Below, one piece after another: positions 35,831-48,296 of a stretch of 64,000 nt of DNA; within the stretch, counting starts at the first letter, position 1; each line of letters starts with the position of its first letter. The stretch lies in the NCBI RefSeq assembly GCF_018143015.1, contig NC_054742.1, forward strand, positions 58,348,853-58,412,852, read 5' to 3'. This DNA is from Lytechinus variegatus. Its lineage: Eukaryota. The notes under the pieces were generated by a model. It was not told where the DNA came from. It ran no database searches and worked only from the letters and a program-made list of their open reading frames with translations. Both the position numbers and the translations under genes were made by a program.

Positions 35831-36000
35831 TCCTCATTCTTGTTTAATTTGAGCATTTTGCAATCTTTGTGCCCTTATTGTGACATGATTGTTAATCCTT
35901 AAAGATTGGTTTAAAATGGTGTACTCATTTCTCTCCTATTCAAAGTGATTACAATCCATTACATCCTATGATTTTCTAAGGACCCATCCTTCCCTCCTGG

Positions 36001-36163
36001 GGCCTGTTTCATAAAGGACTTGCAACCGTTATAATTATGCCACTATGGCAACTACCATGGAAACCTTGATTCTGATTGGCTGCTGAGCCCTGTTACCATG
36101 GTACATGTAGTTGCCATTATGGCAAAGTTACAACAGTTGCAAGTCCTTTATGAAACGGGCCCC
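36001..36163. mobile_element. MITE of about 163 bp with a TIR of about 26 bp (GGCC.GTTTCATAAAGGACTTGCAAC). It carries an internal GATTGGCTG (inverted CCAAT) motif.
   Basis: The end ggcctgtttcataaaggacttgcaac is mirrored by gttgcaagtcctttatgaaacgggcc. The internal ttgattctgattggctgctgagcc is also found at 59440-59465 in a related partial copy. It lies in NIPA intron 4. Confidence 0.55.
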
Positions 36164-36538
36164 AGACGTGCATCCAGACAGATTATTACTGTATATTATT
36201 GAAAATATCTCTTACAAGTTTTTCTTTGATTGTTTAGCATGCCTTGTCATTACCACGATGGGCCATGTTCTCAAAAGTAGTTTGAATTGTGCCATAGTAC
36301 AAAACCTTGGTTTATGCAGATTTGTGTACATATTTATGCTTATTTCATTTCATGCACTAAAGAAAAGACCATGTATAAATACATGTGAGATCTGCATAAA
36401 CCATGGTACAATTGAAACCTCTTGAGAATAATGGCCTACATGTATGTCTTTCCTTTAATCCCTCTCTGACAATGTTTGTGATGTACATCAAATAAGAAAT
36501 AAATTATTATTACAATACTTTTTACTCCTCTCCTACAG

Positions 36539-37119
36539 TATTTGTAACATACATCGTAGGACTATTAATAGTGGTGATCGTCCTCATCTACGTAGTCTCA
36601 CCAACGTATGGCCATAAAAACATCTTGGTCTACCTCTCTATTTGCTCCTTGGTGGGCTCCCTCTCTGTCCTCGCTTGTAAAGGTTTCGGCATCGCCGTCA
36701 AGGAATTCTCCAAAGGCACAAACACTTTCCTCTTCCCCATCACGTGGTTCCTGCTGACAAGCCTTGTAATCTGTATATTAATGAGCATGCACTATTTGAA
36801 CAAAGCTCTGGACACCTTCAACGCCGCGGTCATCGCTCCGATCCATTACGTGTTCTTCACGACGTGTGTGGTGACCGCTTCGGGGATACTCTTCAAGGAG
36901 TGGGCCAGCATGAGCATACAGGACTCGTTATCCACGCTCGCCGGCTTTGGGGTCATCTTTATGGGCATCTATCTCCTCCATACCTTCAAGGATGCGAATA
37001 TATCAATGGACGCTGTCACTCTGATGTCGCCAAAGACCAAGGGCGAAGATCTGTCGCTGATGAATAGTCACAGTGAGGTCGTCTCTATGGATAGTGATAC
37101 AGAGTCAACAGGCAAGTGA
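36539..37119 (+). CDS. NIPA-like terminal coding exon (TM5 to the C-terminus), ending in stop codon TGA at 37117-37119.
   Basis: Reads VFVTYIVGLLIVVIVLIYVVSPTYGHKNILVYLSICSLVGSLSVLACKGFGIAVKEF...PIHYVFFTTCVVTASGILFKEWASM...GIYLLHTFKDANISMD...ESTGK*. This is collinear with NIPA2 (GQTNILVYI.ICS.IG..SV.C.KGLGIAIKE; TPIYYVFFTTSV; FKEW; LLHAFKD). Acceptor ctcctacag|. The total CDS is 344 codons. Confidence 0.9.
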
Positions 37120-37589
37120 AATCCCATTATCAGAGCTTTCCTAAAGCTTTGTTTAGATATTAAGATAACATTTAGTTTTTGGTTGGTAATTTGAGTAATT
37201 GATGAAACAGTTGCAAAGTGACTGTGGAAGGTTGTTTTCCCCAAAAACTTATGTTTGCAGTAACTCATTAGAATAACCAAATTGATAACACATTGAGCCA
37301 ATACTTCCCAGAGATGCCAAGTTCAATGACAAGCGATGAATGGGATTTTAGGCAGGGAACCATGACCCCTTGGGAGATCACCAGGGACACACTGCAATAC
37401 TGGCATGAGCAAGAGATTTAGGGGATGAGCAAGTGTCCCTAATGCAAGAATCTCATGCCTAGGGCCCCTGGTACTTGGTCATGTGCACTGCACTCAGATG
37501 AGCATTATATGGGACTACATGAAAATTGTCGGCCAGGCAGTCTCTGATTTTATTTGTAATGTTCTGAATGTGAAGGCATTTGAAGAGCA

Positions 37590-37890
37590 GTCCTCGGCAT
37601 ACGACCATTCATCAAGTTATTCTTCCGGTTTGTTTCCAATTCGTCTAATGCCAATTCGTCCAATTGCCAACTTGTCTACTATAATTTGGTCTACCATCAG
37701 TTCGTCCACTATCCACAGGGTCTAATTGCCAATTTGACCGCTCACCATTTCATCTAATAACCAGTTAGTCCAATAGCCATTTAGTCCACAAACCATTTGG
37801 TCTAATTCAATAAGTGGGCGAAATGAAAGAAAAGAAAATGGGTATGAAAGTAGACCATGTGGTGAGTGGACGAATTGGCAATTTACCATT
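37590..37890. repeat. Low-complexity dispersed repeat built from short (T)TTGGTCTA / AATTGGCAAT sub-repeats. Related copies lie at 23100-23290 and, in inverted orientation, at 23500-23610.
   Basis: Recurrent motifs ccaattcgtc, ttggtctac and aattggcaat occur in all three regions. Confidence 0.4.
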
Positions 37891-40036
37891 CTTCCATGAT
37901 ATCATGGAGAGAATTTAAAAGCCCAGTGATTATTTCCTTCTTTACATTGCAGCTTTATTTATCCCTTTATTTATTTATTTGTTCAGGTTAATTCTAACTA
38001 AGAATGAAAAAAATATATATATTGTGTGTAATGGTGCTTGTATTTGATACCAAAAGTAGAATTTATTCTAATTTAACCTTGTATAAATTATGTACTACCT
38101 AGTTCACACTGTCACGATTTGTGTCACGATCAAAACCCTGGTCTGGATCATAAAATAGGCATACATGTAGTGAACTTATCAGATCAATTGTGGCAATGTA
38201 TTGACTTTGGAGAAAAAAAATTCGCAATGAGCCAATCGTGGTATTTGTAATGGATCGCTCTATAGTGGAAACAAGGTATCAGAGACAAAAATATGCTCTG
38301 ATAAAAAATGTCATCTTTATACTTTTAATATAAAAAAAAAATAGGTAAAGACCTACACTGTATTGAGATGATTTTTTTTGCCTATTTTGTGGCTGTAAGC
38401 TTCTTCAGGCGATGTCTGCTGTGACTGGCTAGAGGTGAGGTTTCAGCACACACAGTTGCTGTCCAAAGATGCAGACCGCACTGTAGTGAACAAAAAGCTT
38501 TCGAAATATTTTCGTAATTTCTTGACTGTACAGAGTTCTTAGAAAATTCTGTATATTTTTGGCTTTAGAATCAGGCTCTTAAAAAGTTTAAACAGCATGT
38601 TTGTTCTTAATCACTGCTCTGTATGACACACATAGAAAATAATAAATCCATGCCATGAAATGTCTTGAAAAATATATGTAATTGTATGCTGCCACCAGTG
38701 ATTGTTAGAGATCAACTTTCTCTAAGTACTTTATGTGTAAAGTATTCAAATTCATGTTTACGTAATTATTTTTTCGAAAATAAGATTACTATTATCATTG
38801 CAATAAACTCTTTATTGAAAATTGAAATACAAGAACATAGATTGCAGTGCTTGAGTAACTTAATAGAAACATAAATACTTCATAAATTATATTTTATATA
38901 CTTGTATAGAGAGGTGAAACAATTGTACTGTAGGCCTAACGATTTTAAACTCAAATCGTGTAGAATTAGGAACCTTTTATGGTGTATTTCTTCGACCTTT
39001 TTCACTGGTTACAATAAAGTTACAATGTAGTAAGCATATTTTGGCTAATATCCTGATTTTCATCTTATAAAGTTATTTCTGATGGTGTTTTTTTTTCTTG
39101 CATACCCTGTTTATGAGCTCGAAGAGAATTGTCCACAAGCCATGGTTTATTTAAAATACCCATGTTAATTTAATCTCTGTTTACTCTTTTTACAAAGAAA
39201 TTATATCCCCCAAACACAAAAAATTAAGACAAGAAACATTCTGTGATGGTTTTATTTATTTTTATTCTGTTATTATTGTATGAGGGGATATATTTGCATT
39301 ATCTTGAATTTGATTAATAGTTGATCAAGGCTTTAGGGAATCGTTCTTCCACAAGTAAGTTAGGAAATATGCAATTTATAAAAAAAATATTAAGAAAGAC
39401 ATCTAGACCTGTATTATGGTTTTTAAAACACATAAATGATATAGAATAATCAAGAAAAAGTATGTAAATACTAAAGATATGATTTATAAAGTACTTGTAT
39501 TTTTCCCTTTATCGTCTTTTTAAGTGGTTGTTATCTGGAAATATCTTGTATATTGTGATTTTTGTGTGTTTTTTTGTATAGATAAGGTATTGTATACTGG
39601 GGGTAATTGATATTAAAACAGTACATGTAGTTTGTAATGCCTTACGGGTAAGAGTCATGTTCGTAAGTTAATTCATTCAGGAAAATGACAAATGGCTGTT
39701 ATTTTAATCCAAATTATAAATGCAAAGAACTGGGGTGTATGTCCATGTAGAATTTTGTGCATTGTATGCATGGCCGTATGCAAATTTTTTTCCTTCGATG
39801 GCAAGACGCTTAAAATTTTTTGAAGAAATTCATAAGTGAAAGAGCGAAGTGACCAAGCGTGACGCTGGGGCGCTTTTCTTAAATGATATTGAAGGGTTTT
39901 GTGCACATTTTTGGTGCATTTTGTGACAATTTTCAATTAATAAAAATGTAAGTTTTCAAAATTTCTGCCCCCCTCCCCTTTGTTGTCTACCGTCATGATT
40001 GTATGGATTTATAGAGTGCCATATATTACCCTTTTT

Positions 40037-41138
40037 GTCTCACCTGCATAGCAGAGTGAGACTATAGGCGCCGCTTTTCCGACGGCGGCGACGGCGTCAA
40101 CATCAAATCTTAACCTGAGGTTAAGTTTTTGAAACGACATCATAACTTAGAAAGTATATGGACCTAGTTCATGAAACTTGGACATAAGGTTAATCAAGTA
40201 TTACTGAACATCCTATTAGAGTTTCATGTCACATGACCAAGGTCAAAGGTCATTTAGGGTCAATGAACTTAGACCATGTTGGAGGAATCAACATCAAAAT
40301 CTTAACCTGAGGTTAAGTTTTTGAAATGACATCATAACTTAGAAAGTATATGACCTAGTTCATGAAACTTGGACATAAGCTTAATCAAGTATCACTGAAC
40401 ATCCTGCATAAGTTTCACGTCACATGACCAAGGTCAAAGGTCATTTAGGGTCAATGAACTTTGGCCGAACTGGGGGTATCTGTTGAATTCCCATCATAAC
40501 TTTGAAAGTTTATGGATCTGATTCATGAAACTTGGACATAATAGTAATCAAGCATCACTGAACATTTTGTGCAAGTTTCAGGTCTCATGATTAAGGCCAA
40601 AGGTCATTTAGGGTCAATGAACTTTGGCCGAATCGGGGGTATCTGTTGAATTACCATCATAACTTTGAAAGTTTATTGGTCTAGTTCGTTAAACTTGGAC
40701 ATTAGAGTAATCAAGTATCACTGAACATCCTGTGCGCATTTCAGGTCACATGACCAAGGTCAAAGGTCAATGAACTTTGGCCGAATTGGGTGTATCTGTT
40801 GAATTACCATCATAACTTTGAAAGTTTATGGATCTGATTCATGAAACTTGTACATAAGAGTAATCAAGTATCACTGAACATCCTGTGCGAGTTTCAGGTG
40901 ACATGATCAAGGTCAAAGGTCATGTAAGGTCAATGAACTTTGGCCATGTTGGGGTTTTTTGTTGAATAACCATCATATCTCTGTAAGTTTATTGGTCTAA
41001 TTCATAAAAAGTGGACATAAGAGTAACCATGTATCACTGAACATCTTGTGCGAGTTAGAGTAGTTTTCAAAGTCAGCACTGCTGCTATATTGAACCGCGT
41101 GATGCAGGTGAGACGGCCAGAGGCATTCCACTTGTTTA
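40037..41138 (+). mobile_element. Second copy, in the same orientation, of the TIR-bounded satellite-carrying element (ends GTCTCACCTGC and GCAGGTGAGAC).
   Basis: It shares the head (gtctcacctgc.tagcagagtgagact.taggcgccgcttttccgacggcg), the tandem units and the tail (gtgcgagttagagtag...gcaggtgagacggccagaggcattccacttgttt) with 16285-17558. Confidence 0.6.
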
Positions 41139-44100
41139 TATCATATTTTGGTTGAGCATGATGAAATACTTGTGCAACCCAATTTTGATGGGAATCGGTC
41201 CTTTTCGTCATACTTTTTATAAATAGGGTATCAAAAAGCTGAAATGCAAATAAAGTGTTTATGACGTCATCAATTCGGTACTGTACATACCCTGAATGTA
41301 CTTAGTAAAAATAGGTTTGTACAGTGCAATTTTATGTTTAATTATTTAATAAATTGGACATTCTGCAGCAAAGGATGTACTTTTTCATACTGATGTGAAA
41401 ATTAGGGGGAAAATTGTAATGATTGATACATGTATGAATAAACATGAATAGATTTGATTTTTACTTGAACTAATTTACAGGTGTAGATCATACATAATCA
41501 TTTCATGGGATGTGGTGTTTGACACTTTTTTTAAATTTCTTCTTTTAAGCCTTTTGTTTTATACGTTTTCTGTGTTTTTCTTTCACTCACGTTGAGATGA
41601 TTATATCATCAACAGATGGTTTTCGTTTAATTGGTTTTATTCTTTCCTCTGTGTGTTTAGGACATATGAAATCTACCAGCGAGAGGGTGAGATTCTTGTA
41701 ATTTCTATTACCAGGGTTTTTTTGTGTGTGTTGTCGGTTCAGTTGGCTTACAATTAATACAAAACAAGCGTCATTGACTTTAGGAGATTTTAATGAATTT
41801 TGAATAGTGAAAGCTGCAAGTGAGAGGTCGTAAATACTTGTAACTCTTTCTCGTCGTCAATGCCATATACCGGTATGTAGAGAAAATGGTATTGACCACA
41901 TGAAACAATACTGCAAATTTTACTGGTTTTCATGGCTTATCAGACTAGTCATAAGCTTGTCATAATAACAAAGTTGAAACTGTTCAAAAGCTATACTGTA
42001 ATTATTCAACCTGGTTGGCTGGTAATAAACTTGTTCTAGATATTTTGCGATATCTTTCGGATGGTGACCTTAAAGGTCGGTCCCAGACGTAAATAATCAT
42101 ACCTGATTGATACACGTCTGAAAAAACTCAAATACATACATACTTAGTATCCACATTGGGGCTTGGGGTGATTTTGTCCCCAATTATAGAACGCACAAAT
42201 TTAAAGCTTATACCCTCTAAAAAATTCCAAGGATTTAAAATCAATTCAGATCGGCTGTGAATAGTGACCAGCCGAATATTAGATTTAGAGTTAAACCTTG
42301 TTGGTTTGAATATAAATCTAAAAGACTTGAATTTGAATCTTATGAGATTTAAAAGTTAATCATTGAGATTTAAAATAAATTTGAAAAATTCAGCTGGTTG
42401 CTATTCACAGCCGATCTGGATTTATTTTAAATCCTTGGAATTTAGAGTGTATACATGTAAGCTATGTAAAATTATAAAGCAATGCAAATTTTTCAAATTT
42501 TTGTTGTCACCGCTTTCCAGACTCATCAGTTAATATCATCATCATGGCCTTGTGTTGTGCAATCCTAACATCCTACTTGATTATTAGTATAAGCTTCCCA
42601 AAATCGTCAATGATATAATATACTGATCATGATATTTGCCATACATTCGAATGTTTACATTTTAATACATTTTTTGTATGTTGGATGTTAACTTCATTTG
42701 TTCCTTTTCTGCTACATTGTATTTAATTTAGATTTGCAATTGTCAACAGTTAAAGAAAAATATTTTATATGAATTATTACAAATTATGTTGCCAGCAGAT
42801 TGAAATTTCAATTACCTTTGGGCTTTAGAACAAAGTACTTGCATGCAATTCATGGTCTGTGTTTTACTCTTGCACAATTGCGAGGCGGAATACCCTGTCA
42901 ACAATGTTTGGGGTTTTTTTAATCAGAGTAGCAAAGTACAAACATACCTTGTTTGTTTTACTGATATCAACTATTACATCATAAGAGTTTTCAAGAATGC
43001 CATTTGTTTATCATGCTGGCACATCAACTGTCTGCATGTTTCTTTCTTGTCAAACATTTTTGTGTAATTCCTCATTCACTAAATAGATTACCACCATTAA
43101 ACAAGATATGAGCCCTCTTGTGGTGAAATAATTCATAACTCTGCCATCAGGATTGAAGTTTGAACTTTATTGCAAAGAATTTTTTTGTTTTCATTCAAAT
43201 CATTGAAAATGTATGACTTGTTAAATCATCACTGACGTTACATGTACATAGCGTGCATGTTTATTTTAGGAGACATTACACGTACATGAAAGAAAAGTCA
43301 TGCAAATCATTGAAAGATTAAAAGTGTTTTACTTGTTTGAATGAAGTAAACATGTAATGTAGATTTCAAATAATTGACATTGGCAGAGGCATGAATTTCC
43401 ATGTCAAAATCAATTGATTATTAAATATAATGTAGTACTCTCTTATAACTTAGCCTTAAAGTATTGTGTCATTTCATTATGAATTTCTTGTTGATATTTG
43501 TGTAAATGATTGGTAAATATATATATGTATGTTCATGTCAAAATGATGATTTTTGTTGTACCTGTGCAAGTAAATTTATCTTCCATCGAATGGCATTGTA
43601 ATAGATATATTAGTGATTTTATTCTATTATGAGGCTGAACGGGAATTTATTGCATTTTATATGCCATTGTTCTATGCAAAGATATGATTTTTATAATCAT
43701 TGATCGATGTGTATTAGTGCGGCAGATGTGGATACTGTAACAATTACTAACATGAAAAATGTAAATCATTGTTCAATTAAAGGTAACTTACATATATGTA
43801 TGAAATGTTGCGATTGATTGTGAAAATCAATCGTAACTCTTTGTGTTACCCCCCCCCCCCCCATGGTATGACCTATCAACTTCAGAATGGGATTGTCTGT
43901 TTAAAGAGATTGTGACCATGTTTAACTATAATTGTCTAAGTGTGTACTTATGTATGTATGAATTTATGAATGTATATTAATGTGATGCCAATATATATAT
44001 TTTACATGGGAGTTAGGCAGGAAATTGGACTAATAATAATTCCCCTAAATGTTCATGTAGCAGAAAAGAAGTTTTGCATTTTCCATCAAGCATAACACTG

Positions 44101-44351
44101 AAAATTTCATCAAAATCAGATGTAAAATAAGCAAGTTATGGTATTTCAAAGTTTCGCTTGATTTCACACAACAGTTCTATGCACTCTGGTCGGTATGCAA
44201 ATGAAGAGACTGATGACGTCATCCACTCACTATTTCTTTTGTATTTTATTATATGAAATATGAAATATTCTCATTTATTCCTCATTGTCAAGTGCAACAA
44301 CTACTAATTACTCCCTGAACATGTAGAATTAGCATTGCTTGATACTACAGT

Positions 44352-46167
44352 GCGTCCCAAAAAAAACTATACACTTTTGAAATGGCTGCCAAATAAAAAA
44401 TGTAGCACTTTGGGGGAAAAGACTTATAGATATGGAAAGCCAATAAAGTCAACTTTCAAATGACACCAAAAAGTTGGAAAATTATTCATGCTTGAGCGAG
44501 CACTGCCCACTGAAACAGAGGGTATGCAAATAAGGGTGGGCTGGAATTAGCCTTCCAATTTCTTTCAGATGTTTTGTTTGGTACTTGCAAAGTTGAAGGT
44601 TATTTGGTGAGTTAAAGATCAGATGTTATCAGTTTGTTGTTTGTGAAAATTTCATACGTTATTAAATTGAAATTTAATGCATGAGTGATCATGAATTGCA
44701 ATTTTTAGTGCAGCTTTATCATGTGGATCATGTGGATCTTAACAATGTGTTCATGACAGTCAGGAGAAGAGGGGGTAATATGACTTAGGTAGGTGAAGTA
44801 AGTTGATGGGCTTAAGGTCAACAGAACATTTAGCAACCCCTCCCTCCATCTCACCCCCTCCCCCCACTTCCCTCCTCCTGGGAGACTAAGCTTGGCTAGG
44901 CTGGGCAGGAATTAGCCATACAGTTTTTTGAGAGGTTAGTCCTTTGGAACTTACAAAGCTAAGGGTGTTCTGCTATTCATGAGTGAGATAAGTTTTGGTT
45001 TTAATAGGCAAATTTCATGAATTACTCAATTGAAATGTACTGCATGAGTGAACAGGAATGCAATTTAGTGTGTAGCATATTCATCTTGTGGACATCAGAA
45101 GTGTGTTCATGAGAGTCAGAGTAATGTGATGGTACATGTACCTGTTACAAGCAAGAAGGCGAGGTATGCTAAGACTTGGTTAAAAGGGCATTCCTCTTTT
45201 TTGTCCTTTTACAAATTAAAAGTCATAGGTACCCTCCCCTCTTCACCTCCATTTTCCAGCCCCCCCCCCCCCCTCTCTCTCTCTCTGTCTCATCTCCCGG
45301 ATTGTAGCCTTTTCAAAACTTAACTGCCAAGTGACCGGTGGCTGATGGTCAGTTTGAATGATTGCCAAAAAAAAATTAATGATTATGATGATTAATGAAA
45401 TAATTTATTGGAAAAAAAATGAATGTTTTATTGATCACATTGCACATTGAATGAGTTAATTTACTGATAAATTGTTGATTGAATGATTGATAGGAAAAAG
45501 TTGATGCCCTAATTCAGAATTAATCATTAAACCAACATTCTGCTCTGGACTTCACGCGTACATAAGAATAGCCATCAGTCTCTCAACAGGAGGGGAGGGT
45601 GGGAAAGAGGGAGGGGGCGGGGCTGAATGTTCTGTTGACCCTTATTCCATCAACCTACTTCTCCCACTTAAGCCCTATCTCACCCCCTATTCTCCCGACT
45701 GGCCGACTCCCATGAACACATTGCTGAGATCGCCATGATAAAGTTGAAATGCTGCCCCAAAAGATATCCAAATGATAAAGCTGAAATGCTGCTCCAAAAG
45801 TGTAATTTGTGTTCACTCATGCATAAAAGTTCAATTTAATAACTTAAAAAATTTGCTTAAGCTATCAAAACTGATCAAGGTTGATCATTAATTTATCACA
45901 ACGCCCTTAACTTTGCAAGTTCGAAATGATTTGCCTCTCAACAACTGAAATAAATTGGAAGGCTAATTCCAGCCCACCCTAATTTTCATACCCTTTGTTT
46001 CAGTGAGCAGTGCTCGCTCAAGCATTAATATTTTTCCAACTTTTTGGTGTCATTTGAAAGTTGACTTCATTGGCTATCCATATATGAGAGTCTTTTTCCC
46101 CAAAGAGCTAGATTTTTTATTTGGCGGCCATTTCAAAAGTGTATAGTTTTTTTTGGGACGCGCTGTA
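44352..46167. mobile_element. Large foldback-type element of about 1.8 kb with terminal inverted repeats of about 270 bp (GCGTCCCAAAAAAAACTATACAC...), further nested inverted segments, and no ORF.
   Basis: The left arm is 44352-44620. Its reverse complement is at 45880-46167 (…gtgtatagttttttttgggacgcgc). Internal segments at 44560-44770 and 44910-45120 are paralogous. Segments 44800-44900 and 45570-45720 are a GC-rich inverted pair. Confidence 0.55.
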
Positions 46168-48234
46168 TATTGTTTAGTCAAGTTGGTCCTTATTGTCAAA
46201 TCTGTAAAAAATGAAATAATGTATAATTTAAACAAGAAAAAAATAGTGAGGGGCATCATCAACTGTCTCATTTGCATGTCACTTAGCTGTGGATATCACT
46301 CTTTTGTAAAAAAAATGAGAGAAGCTTTAAAATGTAATAACTTTCTTATTTTAGATCTGATTTTAATGAAATCTACAGCGTTATGCAAGTTTGATTTTTT
46401 CGATTTATCCAAATCAACATTTTTCTGGGATGGACTTGACCTTTAACTGCAGGGAATCGATTGGTTGTAGATTTCCTGGAACCAGTCTCACAGCCGAAAA
46501 CTTTGGAATAAATTTGTGGTTTACTGGTACATCCTGTCTTTTGTATCAGATCTCGTTATTTTGTATCACTTTCCCTACTTGATGACCTGCATCATGTGTT
46601 TGGGTTCGATTCAGCATGTCATAAGTTTTTTGTTCGGCATTTTGTCGTTATATTTCATGATATTCTTTGTTGTACTTTTCATATTTTTCTTCCAATTTGT
46701 GACACAAACTGTTACCCTTCTCTTTCCATACTTTTTGGTAACTAAAATCTTCAAGATAAGGCTCAAATTTGGTAGGTTATATCACCAATTGTTTATTAGG
46801 AATTGAGTTTTAAATAAAAACCTTGAATATTTTGTATATTAAATTTATCTTCATAATATGTCAGTCAACACTTTACTGCTTACAAACCTTTCACTATTGA
46901 ATTTATAATAGATTTTTGATAGATTCTTGTTAGATTGTTCTATTTTGAGAAATAGAAATATCAGCAAATAAACTTTTATACTAAAAAAATTGTATGCAAA
47001 ATGACAATTATTTAAAGTAATATGCGCATTCATGAATAGATTATATTGAAATTTCATAATAATTTAAAGTTTTAAAATCTAGAAAAATTGTAAAATCCAA
47101 ATAAGTGAGTTAACAATCAGCAGTGATAAAGCTGTATAATTATTGGCAACATGCAGATTAAGATACATGTATTCATTTTCAAGTTCCTTTGCATTTAATA
47201 TATTGTTGAGAAATGTTCCAAAGATTAATTTCGAATTATTTTACCAAATATGACAAGTGCTAATACTGTTTAATTTGCTTTCATTTTTTTTTCAATATGG
47301 CATTCAAAAATAAGTTAAAGTTGTTTTCAATGAGTCTGTGCATTAAACATAGATAATGAATGAATGAAAACAAACTATGTTGCTCTTTTATTAGCACCAA
47401 TCGTGTATCACGTTACGATGATAAGAATTTGTTGTCAGTGAGATGGGGTAATTATTTGAATTGAATTGAATTTTCTATTTTAGATGAACAATTACAACAT
47501 TGAACCATAATCCATTTTTAGTTGATTATGTTTTAAAGAAAAAAACACACTTTTTTAATCTCAATAGATTATGCCTCCATGTGTTGATGCCTTAGAACGA
47601 ATGGATGTGATGAAAAAGGAAATCGTAATTATGCTAAATCAATGTACCTAATAGAAAGACATTTTTCAATACATAATGATATGTGTCTTACATTTCATAA
47701 AATTAAAATGCTGATTTGAGAGAGCTATGAGATTGACTCTGTGGTAACTATTAGTTTTATGTTGTTACCATTAAGGGATTCGAACTTTGAACCTCACGAC
47801 TTAAGACTTGTCCACAAGACTACAGTTTCATGTTTTGATTTGTTTTCTTTTGTTGTTGTTTTTAGAACCACTAAGTCTTTTTGTATGTTGACTTTTAAGA
47901 ATGTGTAATGTGACAGTAATATTTATGAAGTCCCTGTGTTCACTGCAGCTACACAACGTGTGGTCAGTTTGTACTTATATTGTATTATATATTGTTTTAT
48001 GTGTAATTATATTGTATGAATAAAATATTCAATTGGGTATCATGATATATTGCCTGACTCCTCCTCTACATCGGTTATCGCCTGGATCACCACATACGCC
48101 ATACTAGTCTCTCCCTAAATGTGAATTGTGTACTTTGGTTAAGTGTTGTTGGAGTGAAATGAAAAAGAGTGATTTTTTTAATTGAATTATTCTTTCTTTC
48201 TTTTTTTTTGTGGGGGGTAAATGAAAATTATAGC

Positions 48235-48235
<1 letters not shown>

Positions 48236-48273
<38 letters not shown>

Positions 48274-48296
48274 GATGACGATAATGATGATTGAGG
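48236..48296. repeat. (GAT)n microsatellite of about 20 units. Its reverse strand gives the His-run ORF artefact.
   Basis: Read directly from the sequence. Confidence 0.9.

Noticed and set aside
36744-37067. The + strand ORF (107 aa) in an alternative frame inside the NIPA terminal exon.
   Set aside because: The overlapping frame 36539-37119 carries unmistakable NIPA motifs. The alternative frame has no homology and no splice support.
41600-41680. A possible micro-exon (tgtgtttag|gacatatgaaatctaccagcgagag|ggtgagat) downstream of the NIPA gene.
   Set aside because: It has splice-like flanks but only 11 codons, no homology and no phase partner. It cannot be supported from the sequence alone.
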